Assembly: GCA_053919585.1 (NCBI GenBank)
Contig: CM132798.1
Strand: one strand, 5' to 3'
Length of the DNA: 64,000 nucleotides
Origin: Euprymna scolopes
Taxonomy: Eukaryota
The position numbers and the translations under genes were made by a program. The notes under the pieces were generated by a model, which did no database searches, had not been told where the DNA came from, and worked only from the letters and a program-made list of their open reading frames with translations. Every line of letters begins with the position of its first letter. Within the stretch, counting starts at the first letter, position 1. Below are positions 24,586-38,460 of this stretch, in pieces.

Positions 24586-25087
24586 AAGATAAATTAGAAA
24601 ACTTTAAATGCCATGAAATGATAAAATCATTTTTAATTTATTTGTTTTGAATTCCGATATATCGATAAGTAAAATTAGCCTCATCAGGGGTTTATATCCA
24701 TTCCGTTTGTTTTCTTCATTTTGTTTCTAAAAAGGAGGAGGTAATTCCTCGATAAGCAAAATTCAAATGTATGTGCTGTCCAATTTTTACGTGTGCATCG
24801 CCCCAGTTCGGGCATGGATATGAAGTGAAAAATAGTTATACACTGTTAGAATACATTTATTTTGAAAAGAATTTAAAGATAAATTAGAACATTTTAAATG
24901 TCATGAAATGATAAAATCATTTTTAATTTACTTATTGGTGTTGAATTTTAACGTGAGCGTCGCCCCAGGTCGGGCATGGATATGAAGGGAAAAATAGTTT
25001 CGAACTGACGCGTTAAATTGGACAGCACGTATATTTGAATTTTTCTTCATATCCATGCCCGAAGTGGGCGACGCGCATGTTAAAATT

Positions 25088-25091
<4 letters not shown>
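24586..25091. repeat. Interleaved direct and inverted repeats (foldback/MITE-like)
   Basis: CGCCCCAG.TCGGGCATGGATATGAAG at about 24799 and 24961, inverted at about 25046-25072; second duplicated block at about 24586 and 24875. Confidence 0.8.
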
Positions 25092-25152
<61 letters not shown>

Positions 25153-25349
25153 TGTGTGTGTGGGTGTGTGTGTATAAAGTGCGTTTAAAACTTAATCTGT
25201 CTTTTTTATTGCGACCGAATAGATCGGAGGGAATTGCATATTGTATTTTATGATAACTGAACTAATGTCTTTATGACCTTCAAATTCCATTTGTTTTTTT
25301 TTTTCAGGTATTGAAGGTGTAAGAAAAATTCAAGAACACTTCTGATGGA

Positions 25350-25560
25350 CGGGCATCCCAGGCAGAAATGGATCATTACATTCCACGTTATGGACGTTGA
25401 AGTCACCACAGATATGGATGTTAGCCGAGGGATGTGAAGACAGTAGGTGGTCTATTTTCTCAGATATGCTCTTAAAGATAGTAACACCGCTGTTGTGGGG
25501 CCTATAGGCAAAATCAATTGATCATTTTGATTACCATAAAGGCTGCTAACTTTAATAGTA
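25350..25560 (-). mobile_element. CR1-like endonuclease fragment
   Basis: SHPSANIHICGDFNVHNVE on the minus strand. Confidence 0.75.
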
Positions 25561-26339
25561 TTACTCTCGTTTTTTGTAGCATTTAAACTCATTTGGTAAA
25601 AAAGTAGATGCCATTTCTTTTTGCACTTACTCTCGTACACACTCACACACACACATATATATATGTATATATGCATATATATATATATATATATATATAA
25701 AGAGAGAAAAGGAGAGAAACGGGAATATATACAGACATAAAGAGAAAAAACGGAGCGAGAACACGAGAGATATATAGATACATAGATAGGGGCTAGAATA
25801 AATAGATAGACAGAGACATATGCGTTTTTTTCTCCACTACAATGCTATGAGAAATACACATATGTAAAGTATTCAAAATTGTTATATGTGCAATTTCAAA
25901 TTGTGAGTTGCAGCAAGCAGTTTTTGCAGAATATATAAAACAATGCTGATCGAATCTATTCTGTTTTATCAAATTACATATTCCTGTATGTTACACATTT
26001 GCTTCTGAAAGCATACTCTAAACTTTAGCGGTTATTTCTTCGTAACCTGTTGAACAATTCACTATTTTAGTGGTCGGGAAAATGTGAAACTCTCTAACCT
26101 TGCATAAATATAGAGATACAAATAATTAAAAAACACTCTTTGTATCGCTATTCTTTTAGTACACAATTTTCAAAAGAAGCATACTGCGATACATTTTGTA
26201 CATATCATCATAATTCCTACAGTCTAAAATTTAAAACTAGTCGTTTTAATTTAATAGGATATTTATATATTTTTGAAACCAGCAGTGCAGTCCGGCTTTT
26301 CTCGGGTCCTATGTCCTGTTCCTAACTTGCCCTTTATGT

Positions 26340-27165
26340 GAATACACTTTATGTAAGATTTCAAATGTTTAGACTCAGATTTGCCAGAGTAATTTCCTGG
26401 AGACCGCAGAGGTAATTTTCTTAAAATTTGACCCCAATTTTTCCTTCTAACATTTGTTATGTTTGTCTCAAATAAAAAAATAAAAATGTTACCCATGTCC
26501 AAGTTAACTTAATCTTAAATTTCAATTTTTAGACCCAAACTTGGCGCAGGAATTCGTTGGCATCTGCAAAGGCTACAGCTTTCAAGTTTTTACCTTTTGG
26601 CGGTCAAATTTTCGCTCAAAAACTAATTAAAATGCTTTTCGCAAATCTGAATATCCGTCATGTATAAATTCTAAATATTGAGACCCAAAAGTAGCTGAGT
26701 AGTTTGCTAGACAACGCAAAAGTTAACTTTTTTGAACTGACCCCTCGGTAGCTCAGATTTTCGACGCAAACTAATTAAAAAGCTTGTATTATCATTGAAT
26801 ACCATTTATGTAAAGTTTTAAATCTTTAGACGAAAAATTGGATGAGTAATTTTGTATAATCACGGGTCAATTTTTTAAAACTTTAGCACCAATTATTACT
26901 CGTTAACATTTACTTTTGTGCTAAAATCACTTAAAAAGTTTGATCCATGTTAAGTAACCTACATTTAAGATTCCAAGTGTTTAGACCCAAACTTGTCCGT
27001 ACAAATTTCTGGCCGAAAACGTATTTAAAAAATTGTCCCTAATCTCAATACTGCTTATGTCAAATCACATGCCCCTATACAGAAAATTGACAGAGTTATT
27101 TGGAAGGGAAATGTACACAGATGCACCCCCACACACATATGTGTTCATTTTTAATTATATATAGA
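26340..27165. mobile_element. Non-autonomous Helitron-like repeat with ~150-bp internal tandem units
   Basis: TTTAGACCCAAA-like motif recurring at about 26367, 26528, 26679, 26825 and 26980; terminus ...TTATATATAGA. Confidence 0.45.
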
Positions 27166-27539
27166 ATTTATTAAAATGGTTTACTGTAGGTTCAAAAATT
27201 TGATTTGCTAATAATTTGCATGCGTATAATTGTATTGGAATAAAAAAGGGATAATAAATTCATGAAACCAATTAGATTGTTAAACTTATATACACTTAAA
27301 CTGTAATTCCCTTCATGCTGCAATTAACAGGAAACACTCCTCATAGTCAAAACATAATTTATGATGAGTAAAATATTTGTTTTGAAGGAGTGAATACGGG
27401 TACGAAATTTTGTGGATATTTTAAATGCAAAGTTGTTATTTCAATTCGCTGACGTATTTCTATTACTTTCTCGCATGTGCGGGCAAATTGATTTCTTGCT
27501 TGATTTGTTTAATTTTAAATCTTTCTTTTTTCTTTACCT

Positions 27540-27704
27540 GGCCATAGCTAAATGAGTAGAGAACATGGTTGGAGTGCTACACGCTTTGGTTTCGATTCTA
27601 GGTGACAGCACACACTTCATATTTTTTAAAACACTTTTGAAACCAGTACTATATATGAGGTACACAATATTATTCAATAGAGTATTGGCTATGTAATAAT
27701 AAAT

Positions 27705-27705
<1 letters not shown>
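27540..27705 (+). mobile_element. tRNA-derived SINE head
   Basis: A-box-like TAGCTAAATGAG and B-box-like GTTTCGATTCT, followed by (TA)n. Confidence 0.5.
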
Positions 27706-27749
<44 letters not shown>

Positions 27750-28280
27750 TAAAATATATTTAAGCGTATTATACGACCGCTCGTTAGGTAGGAGATAAGA
27801 CGTTAAAGCTAATAGTTACAGTCAAACACACAAGCACACAGAGATCACATGCCATATAGTGCTTAGTTTATACTCCAGGATTGATCCTATTTAATAAAGT
27901 AAACTGGATCCATAGTTCTTTTTTTAATCTTACGATTTTGATAAGGGCTCAAAGCGCTAGAGATATGCAATCAATTGCACTTAAAGATAAGTCTTCGTTG
28001 TAATGTGCAATAGGGATAAATGTAGTGGCATCTATTAGACTACGTTATTCTACCAAAAACGAAATGGTAAGAAATATGAAAAACAATAATGCATGTATAT
28101 ATATATATGTATGTGTGTATGTGTGTATGTGTGTGAGTTTGTGTGTGTATTTATATATTTTTTTTAATTTTATTTATATTATATATAACTATATGTATTA
28201 TATATGTAACTATGTATATAGTTGTATATGTATACAATGCAGATATAAATTAAATAAAAATAAAAAATACCGTATATATA

Positions 28281-28348
<68 letters not shown>

Positions 28349-29219
28349 TGGTAAATCTAAAGAAACTGTTTAAAACGCTTACGTTTTAAATACGTACATT
28401 TCTGCTTAAACCAGTTAAAATAATATATGATAATAATAAGAGAGGTAAAACTTGTGTAAATTAATATTATTACTGAAATTTACCTCATGTAAAACTATAT
28501 AAATTGCCGTAAAACCTCATAAAATAGGATACTGAAAATTTCGATACCTAATGAATGAAAAGTTAACATGATAAAAAATACCTAATGAAAGTCTATATTA
28601 ACGCCAGTTCAAGCCATTATAATATTTTGATAAAATGTGTTTGATGCTTCATATATAGACTTTTTAAAATTAAATGAATGAATAAATACGTGTCAATGCA
28701 GAAGACCTATTCAAAGAAAAAAGTAAAATTTAGTTTCAGTATCCCCTTAGGAGACTTCACTATTTGTTGCCAGTTTTAAAATTATAAACTGTTATTTACA
28801 TGTATGCGAACATTCAGCCAAAACTACTTTATGTCAGTTCTTACTAATAAAGGAATGATATATTGGAAAGTTGACATTGGGATGGGCCATCCCTTATGAA
28901 TTGATAACATTTGACATATTCTCGCTAAACCAATTTCTTACTAATCGTAATTTGCTATATCAAACTGTAAAGCCGAGATTGATATGTGTTGTATTTTTTT
29001 GTATAAAAGAGAAAATTTTCTCTTAGTTCAATAATATATATTTTATGTGGGGGTCACCAGTTATGAAGAGCCTAGGTGACTCGAAGATAAAAGTTAATGT
29101 ATGCGCCCTAGTTGATCAGGAAACAGCGTATTAATAGGTAATAGTTAAAATGAGGCAAAATGATCATTAAGGAAGCGCTTTAAAAATACTATGTTTTTTT
29201 TTTTTACATTAGAGGGTGT

Positions 29220-30200
29220 CTACTATATTGTAATTACCTGGTAAGCAGACGACCGGAGCAGATTTCAATAGGATGACGGTCAAAGGAAAGAACCTTTGAC
29301 CATTGAGTTAGCGTTTAGATTTAAGTAAAAATAAAGTGTGGGAAACTCCTGATAGTTGTTTTAGCTGAAAGAATAGCTTTTATTAAAGATTAGCAAAGTG
29401 GGACTATAGTTTCGAGCTACGACGGACATTTTTTTTGGGGGGGGAAATAATTATGTAACGGAGAGAGACTCCCAACGTCTCTCCTGAGAGAAAGCGTTTT
29501 CAGGGAAGAAAAAAGGGCATCAGCTACGACGTTTCGAAACTTCTTTTGAACTTTGTCCAGTTAGGATAATTTACTTCGAGCAGCTCCCTCGCATATATGG
29601 TAACATTACTCGTATCTGGCTCTTATATAGGAAAAAGTTTGTGCCGGAGGTTAGATACTTCCTTGAGCGGTAAATAGACGTAACCACTTTTTTTCCGGGG
29701 ACCTTAGTAGCATATTTTACGTATATTTTCTATTCGGGTGGGTAATAAAGGTCGTGCTCCAAAGTTGATCAAACCAGGGAGCCTCTTTTAGACAAGATCC
29801 ATTCATATCAATTGGAGTATACTACTACTGTATAACCTTCAATACTCAAGTAGTCGTCTTTTAGTATCTGCCCAGTTAATATCCGGCCATATTCACAAAC
29901 AGCACTTCATTTAGGATGCGTAGTGTTATCATTATATCATTGTCTCAGTCATTTCATCCATCCATGCAAAGAGAGATAGTTCAGTATTGATTATTTGCGA
30001 TTATTCAAACTCCAACCCATTAGCTGATTCGTTTCGGAGGATAGTGTAGAATAACATATACTAATCTCTCAACAATATTTGCGATAGTATCTTGATTGGA
30101 GATGGAAGTGTAGTATTTATCCTCTTGAAATTACAATCGATATTCCCAGTAATAACGTATCTTTATTTATATTTTTTGTGCGAACAGCTCCTACCTGCCT
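29220..30200 (-). mobile_element. Degraded CR1/L2-like LINE (endonuclease-RT linker)
   Basis: IITGNIDCN, INWAD, APWFD and GSFP..LKSA-like fragments. Confidence 0.45.
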
Positions 30201-30462
30201 TTTTGTATTAGAAGTTGTGTAGTTGCTGTTTCGTTTCAAGACATATAATGGCCGGCATTACGTTACAATCGTTCGTTTTAAAATTTAACGTCAATAGCAT
30301 AAGCACAAAGAAATATATAAAAAACAAATGGAAATATATAAAAAACAAATGGAAATATTATGGATAGTAAACGTGAATACATATGCCCGTATAAATAAAC
30401 GCTATTATACGTACCAATGCACACTCGCAAATACACACAACCGTGTGAACAATACACATACG

Positions 30463-30524
<62 letters not shown>

Positions 30525-30544
30525 AAAATATATAGATACCCACA

Positions 30545-30581
<37 letters not shown>

Positions 30582-30947
30582 GTATATATATATATATCAT
30601 TTCGTTATTTTATCAATACTAATTATATTGTCTTTCATATCAACGTCTCTGTTGTAAATTCATTATACCGAGGAATAGATGTTGATACATACCTTCTGAA
30701 TGAAAATCATTCCCATCGGCCTTTTCTCTTTTCCCCTACATATGAGAACACACATAATGCTCCTGTTTACAGAAGATCGCGTTTTAAAATTCAATTATCG
30801 ATATAATAACATAGTGGAAATTAGACAAGTGTAAGGGTTGCATGTAAATATCGAAATAAAAATATAAGAAACTGTATTCTGATAGATATACAATGAAAAG
30901 TTATTGTGTTTTTCTTTTGCAATGTCACTCTATCTCCCTCTCTTTCT

Positions 30948-31029
<82 letters not shown>

Positions 31030-32439
31030 CACATTCGTTAGTGTTTGTTTCTGGATGTTGTTTTACTATGAATTCCGAAACGGCCCAACCTGTTTTTTTT
31101 GGGGGGGGTCTAATTTTTCTCAGAAATGTACGTGTCTCAGAGTGTTCCTGGATAGATTTGGTGCCTGATTAAAGAAGGAACAGTCCGATTTTGACAGTGG
31201 TTTAAATCCCTATGCAGCCTAACATCACAGCAATATTGGGAAATGTTTGTATCGCACTAGCAGTAAAAGAATGCCTGGTTCGAATTTTTTTTCGTTCGAA
31301 ACGCAATTTAACCATTATATTGGTGTTTGCATTCTAATTGTTTCAAGTCCATACATAAATACTTCATGAAATCACCAATAGGGTCTCTAAAGTGCAATGT
31401 AAATTATAATGCATTATTTAAGGTAGCTTATCTATATTCTCCTTATAGATTCTTCTATTCATTATAAAACTTGGATATAATAATCTCGCGGGGAATTATC
31501 GCGATTGATGCGAGACTATAAACTATCTAACAAAGAGTCGGAAAATGCTAACGATATTTTTCATATTTACTTTATTGTAAAATATATTGATTCTACGTAA
31601 CCACTTGTTTGAATATTTTTCATGCCATTACATAGTTTAGAGCAACCGGCAACAAGGTATTCGAGGAACAACGTATTATTTTAATGATTAACTTCAACAA
31701 CATCGGCCTTGCAACCAACTATCCAAACGAACAAAGTAAGGATCCAAAAACGCGAACAACGAATCAGTCACAGACAAAGGACTGTAAAATCGGACGACAA
31801 TCCTTTAAGGAGGAATAACAACTCTTAAAGTAGCACGGAACCTCCCGTTTTAGAATAAAAAAATGCACAACAATAGGGATAATACGAATGTTCAACGAAA
31901 AATATAATTGTGCACTCACTCTCTGACTTAGTGTTTGTTAAACACAAAGGTGAGTTATCTACAAACGTTTATTCTTTTTGTATTCTTTTAAAGAGAGAAA
32001 TAAGTGTTTTGAAAAATAATAGATTTCTAAGAAACTATGAACTTTAATTGAGTAAGAAAGATGTAAGAATTTTTCTGTTCGATCACATGGTTTATATTGT
32101 GTTGGTCGTAAATAAGAAAGAGAATCCTGAAAAATCGTAAATTATATTTTAACACGTTTCAACTCATATAAAATATTACACCCTCTGAAAAAATAACATG
32201 CAGTAGCTACAACTGCTTTATCACGACTGTGGAAATACCAATTTGAATAATAAGAAGAAAAACAGAGGAAATATTTTTTTTAATTGCTACTAGAACAACG
32301 AATTTTGGAAGTTACATAGCGTTGTGATAAAGCGCAGTCCTGACCGCAATGAACGGTCTCATTTCCGTCCTGTTCTTATGTTTTAGAAGATAGTATCACC
32401 TGCATCATATTATTTCGGTTACAATGGCTAACAAAATAA

Positions 32440-34400
32440 TTTTCATGGTGTCTAAGATGTGGCGATTGCTTTTACTAAATTTTACGGCGCTGATTCCAGA
32501 AATGCTGTAACTTGTTTCTATCATATGCAGCTTTTTTTTCTTTTACGGTAATTTCCTTGTCGATAGGAACCTGATAGCTACAATAAAAACAGGTAAATTG
32601 AGGAAACAATATTTTTATGTAACTTTAGGACACATTTATGAAATTATACCAAAACGTCCACGATTAAAATTTGAAGTTAGAAAAGTACTTAGTATAAACA
32701 TCATTATCCATAAATTAATGTTTTACTGATTTTCCAGAATGGTGGGGAAGGTGGATCCGGCATCATCGTTATAGTCAACTTCCAGGTCGCCGATGACTTG
32801 ATGGAAACACTTTCCCTACTCGTAGCTTACATAAAACAGATTTTCTGGAAAACGGGCAACGCTGAGTCAACAATGTAACTTAATACTCATATATTCATAT
32901 ATTTATGAGTAATGTTTCAGTTTTTTTTGTTTATATATTTTATTCATTCCAAGTATAATTTTATTAGAGCCGTGGAAACCGTACAGCTACTCAATTCTGC
33001 AGTATTCTTAAAGTTACACAAATTTACATCATTCATAACATTTCGAATTCGGAATCCATCAAATATTTCAGTTTTTAATTTCTTTAATTCTGAGAACCTT
33101 CATGCAAATATATTTGAAACAGTCTCTATCTTTTTCAAGATCCTTCCAAAAGTATTTCATGATGCCAAACTTTATGCCAACAGAAGGAAACACAATATTA
33201 GATGCTCAAACCATAGAGTAGTCTGAACATTGAGATGACAAATAATATTTTCTCTGCGCACAGACCATTTTTATCCAGTGCCCTGTTCTTGTCGTCCAAT
33301 CACACCTATACATGAAACAAGAGTATTTTGTGTAGACACTTTGTAGCTCCAGGAGAAGACTAGCCATTTACCAATTGATACATATGATCCATTGCTTTTG
33401 TCTGCATTAAATCTTTTAATAAAACAAATTTCATTTCATCATAGTTTTCTTTGAGCCTCGTTGAAAACCTTGAGGTACTCATTCATATAATTTGCCATTG
33501 TGACGAAGAACACACTTAAACTTAACTTTGAAATATTTATAAAAATGTGCCGATATTGAGAATAATACTGTTCGACACAACGTTTCGCCAGCAGGCTGGC
33601 AATATCGTTACATAATATTATGTCGTTTTTCTGAGAAAAATATAGCAAGGATTATATACAGCGTTTTCTATAGAAGATTAATAGAGCTTCATGATTTGAT
33701 AGATTTTTACTTCATTATTTTTTGGAAAAGCTAAGATTTTCCTCAGATCATTAAATTCTTGAGAGAAAAGCTGTGGTAGTGAAGCGGGAGGAAAATCGAC
33801 ATCTGAAGTAGTAGCTTAGCTACTGTTAGTAGCAGAAAACAAAGCTTGATTTTCTTCAGAACCACGCAATTCTAATTTGAGCAAGCCTTTACAGATTGAA
33901 TCATGTATTGCATTAGAGTGTAGAATTAGCATAATTGAAGACTTCAGGTTTTGATAAACTAAATAATTTCTATTCTCTCTATTGGCTCTATGTCGTTTTG
34001 ACAGTACAAAAATAACAGTATTCGAAATAAAGTTAAGGCTCAGGAAAACTATTGGAATACCAAACCAGTGAAATTTTCCCATTATTTGTCCGAAGTTGAA
34101 TATGCTCAACACTTGCTTGCTTTGATCACTCAGAATTACTTTCAAGCACGCGGTAATCACACTTCACAAATTCCCTGATTCCTTTCCTGTTAGATTGCAA
34201 CATAAATTCCGCTCAAATATAAAAACACACACACACATTTGGATTGTTTAAACAACGTCGAATAGATGATGCAACCATGCTGAATGTTTTCTCACAAAAT
34301 CTGCAAAATAATTAGGATATACACTTTTATTATTTCTGTGAGACTTATAAATGAATTTCTCATATCAAGAGAATCAACCTAATTTCGACCCCAAAATCAG
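32440..34400 (-). mobile_element. Chapaev3-like DNA transposon remnant
   Basis: RRCLNNPN..FYI, FGIPIV, PQLFSQEFNDL, YFSQKNDIILCNDI..IFINISKLSL and FPENLFYVSYE*GKCFHQ match this transposase family. Confidence 0.7.
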
Positions 34401-36619
34401 CAAACAAAATTGGTAGCCCTATTTCCTATATAGTGTCTACTTTTTACCAACTTCATACCTCATTGTATAGCAATTTTTACTTTTATCGTTACGTTTGTAA
34501 TGTAATAATCATGCAACACATATCATAATAACAACGTACGATTGTTTGTTAACCTAAAGACTGAATACGTTCGTAATGAAATGGAACAGGAAATGCCACA
34601 TAGTATTCCAAATTAAACAATACATTGTCCAGAAGAAAAAAAATCAATAAACCATACCGTTGATGACAGGAACTTATTAGCAAGAAAGGAGCGTTCTGTG
34701 TCGCCAGTGTTAGAAATGGGAAGTAAATATTATCTGGAAAATAAAATTAAGAGAAAAGTATATTTTTGTTAAGAGTACCTTAAAGATGCGTTAGGGGTTC
34801 GAATCAGAGAGACAAAAATAATTATTTCAAGGTAAAACATGTCTAAATTTGCTAATATCTCAACAACTTGATATAATGAGAAAAATTTAATATGATTTTC
34901 GATACCACAAATTTAATCTGAATCACTTAAGAAACCTTGAGCAATAAAAATGTGTTAGTCTGTGTTAGGCGGAATGTGTGAAGTCCTATTTTTGCTTGAA
35001 AAACGGGGATCTAAAGAATACAACATTTTCATTAATTACATTTTACTGTGACAGACGAGTGACTTGTACTAAAAACAGAAAATATTTGACAGATCTATTC
35101 AGCCACAAAACGTTATTGTATGAAAGATAGAAAAGCTTGAATTTAACCAGGACGAATGAGAAGGGCTATTTTACATTTGCATCAATATGCAACATCAAAT
35201 GCCTGATATACGTATTTCACTAGACTGGTATCTCTACAACAGTGGAGAGACGAAATATTTTGACATTCGAAATATACTTTTAATTAATTAGAAACTAAAC
35301 TAAGCATGAAACTTAGTTTGGATGATTTAAGAATGCATTGTTAAAACAAAAAAAAAATACACTTTAATAAAAAGCTAGTGTAGTTTCCCACAAAGTTCAC
35401 GTTGTCTGTGCAAAACATGCTTTAGAGTAAAACAACTCATATCACACACACCTTTGCTAACTTGTAAAAAAAATGGACATTAATGTTATTTTTGTAGAAT
35501 AAATGAGAAAATAAGAACCTGATCACGACACACAACACACAAAATATGATTAATACATAAGTAAATATTACCGCTGAAATGCTTTAAAGAGAGAAAATCT
35601 TCAGTTAAGTCCATGATCTGACTTATCAATTATTAATTTACATATATGAAAAAATATAAAATAAATCGAATATGCAAATGTCTTTAAAAATAGCTAAAGT
35701 GTGACTTGACCGAAAATCAATTTCGAAGGTGAATTTACCACTTATGTTACATTAAACGTACGGCACAACGTCAAATGTTTTCGTGTGAAAATATGCATTG
35801 GGTTATTTTTGGGAGAGATTTGATGCAACAAATCAATTTTTTAGATTTGACTATTAATAGCATTTATCAAAGAAAGCGGGCACTCTAACAACATAAAAGA
35901 ATACTTGCAAGTCAAAGTTTTCTCAACTAGTCTGAAAAAGCACAAGAAATGAGAGCCATATTCGAACTCACAGACAATACCCGACCTAGATTCAAGGAAA
36001 AAATGAAATATACTGTTTAATTTCATTGGGAAGAATTACGAGTAGTTTGAAATACTTATAAAATCCTGCATCTTATTGTATGCCTATGTCAAAAATATTG
36101 GAAAAAACATGTTTATGCCGACTTCTCTACTGCTTTTGTCTCTTTAGTAAGATACTGCTATTGCTCACTTATTAGACATGGAGAAGTTTCTATTAAAGTC
36201 AATAAGAGTGGCAAACACTTTCAAACTTAACTCAAGGAAACAGCTCGCAGATTCCTTACTTTAACACGATTAATAGGTTATTCAAATTCAAAATGTTAAC
36301 TATTACAAAATAATCACCAGTCGCCATTTTGAATAATTTATGATATTATTTGGACAGCCATAATTTCGCTATCGCATAAATGAAAACATTATCTTAATAA
36401 GTGGAACTAGAGGACATCACAAAGTATATGTCTACAAGTAATTACTTTGAATATATGTTTTTTGACTTTAAAGTGAAAGACAACCGCGATATTTTCATGG
36501 AATAAATAAAATATTCTGCACACATAATTAGCATAGACGGTAGAACACACAATTAAATATATCATAGTCGCTAGAAATGCGAGGTCTAAAGAATAAGGAC
36601 CTATATCAAACTAAATTAC

Positions 36620-38005
36620 ATAACCTAGGTAAAAATACTAATACCTGCGTCAAGATATCTACTTCTGGTAGAAAAGCCCTGTCTAGCGCCTGGATTCCAT
36701 ACTCCTTCTTTGCCTATAAGCCAGGCGTAGAGGTCGAAGCACTTGGATTCGACAGAAAAACTCAGTGGTCGATCTTGTTTTCTGACTAGGGCAGTAGACG
36801 CCGTTTTCACCTCTCCCGACATATTCCATCCCCCTCTAAACTGGGCACTTGAGAGTGCTTGAATGCCATAATGCCAGTACAAGTAGATTGTTTGACCATC
36901 GTCTGATTAGTGTAGGGTACTGGATTGACAGTTCTTGGCTGGTAGTACAGGTGCCCTAACTCTTTGGTAGCGCTCAGAGCGGCTGCTCCATCAACATTTT
37001 AATAATATCGGGTTGTTTGTAGTGCCATGTCGCACATGGAAAGTTACCCTGCACTCATCCCCGGCTGGCTTTCCTGAGGCCATAATCCTAGTAGATGGAA
37101 GGTCAGCTCATCATCTACTGGTGTTGCATTCCTGGTATTATGCATTACCTCTTATTCAGCGCCCCTTACCTAATCGGAAACTCTTTAAAAACAATGACGG
37201 CACAATCTAAAATTACGCTTAAATCACGACAAATTCAAACAAAATCAAATTTCCTCCTTCCTTAAGACTTGCGTCCGTGGGCTTAGACATAATTTAAATG
37301 ACGTTGAAGCATTTCTCCTTAAAAACACCACGGATATCTTAGCACAAAATGAGACTAATCTACACTCCTCCATCCTTCTAACTACTTTAACATGCCTGGA
37401 TATCTCTAACTCTGCCCTAAGGACTCTGGCATACACATGCACGGGCTTGGAGTCTATATTCGAAACACCATCCCCTTGACTAGAATGGGACGGTCAAGCC
37501 TTTATGTGCTTTAGACTTAACATGCAACAAAACATTAGCTATTTTATTTTCCCTACCGCTTTCCCTCGACCCAGGACTGTACCCTAATAAACAAATTCTC
37601 TGACAGCATAAATACATCACTTTCCCTCGAAAATAACGGAAAAGTGCATGGATTTGGATACTTCAATGCCCACCACAACAACTGGCTTGGATTGTCTACT
37701 TACACAAACCTCGCTGCTAGCACAACACATAGTTTCCTATAACTCATTCTCTATCACAGATGGTTACGTTTCCAACCCGTTTCTCTGACCAGCAAGAACA
37801 CGCATCACTTTTAGATCTGTTTCTGGCCACAGTTCCTGATGGTTGTGTTACGAACGGCCACAGCTCACTTGGGAATGCTGAGCATGTAGTGATGGTAGTG
37901 TAAATCGCCCTAAACTCTAGAGGCAAAACGGAAGAGTCATTTCTCAAAACAACGAGATATTATGAAAATGCTGATTGGGAAGCCATCAGAGAACTTATCA
38001 AAGAT
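36620..38005 (+). mobile_element. CR1-like LINE 5' region and APE endonuclease remnant
   Basis: VRGLRHNL..DILAQNETNL, GLGVYIR, GYFNAHH, QMVTFPTR, LLDLFL, LGNAEHVV, YENADWE (37250-38000). Confidence 0.8.
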
Positions 38006-38139
38006 AAATAAAAAACGCTACGAAAATCACTAAAAATACATAAATGTCATCGCAGAATAATCACAATTACGATCTTCATCCTGCAGTTATGTATAGAGAG
38101 CGAAGAGATATAAAGTCATCATAACAAGAATTGTATTTG

Positions 38140-38460
38140 GATTACAAGGGAACAAATCACCTCTTGTCTTAAATTCATATAGATTTCATAGCCCTACAAG
38201 AATGTTGGTATATCGTAATTGTGATGAGCATCTATATAAAATGGCTAGAAATGCTCCCCCAAAATAGATTAATTACAGAGGTAGCTTTTAATTATATCCA
38301 CATAAATATTTGCCGAATTTGGAGTTGTTGATTGCGTAGTGACTGACACCCGGACTCAATTTACGTCAAGGGACTCCATTTAGTTTTATGAGACTATCGA
38401 AATTTAACACCTAACTTCTTACCAATACCAGCCACAATCAAAAAGTCAGCCGGGAGTCTG
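38140..38460 (+). mobile_element. Gypsy integrase core fragment
   Basis: KWLEM and IFAEFGVVDCVVTDTRTQFTS. Confidence 0.65.

Noticed and set aside
24655-24690. CTGATGAGGCT hammerhead-like start on the minus strand
   Set aside because: No GAAA and no closing stem II; too degenerate to call.
25368-25400. Small ORF MDHYIPRYGR* resembling an RYamide neuropeptide, downstream of a splice acceptor
   Set aside because: It is the antisense of a CR1 endonuclease GDFNVH fragment; no signal peptide or precursor context.
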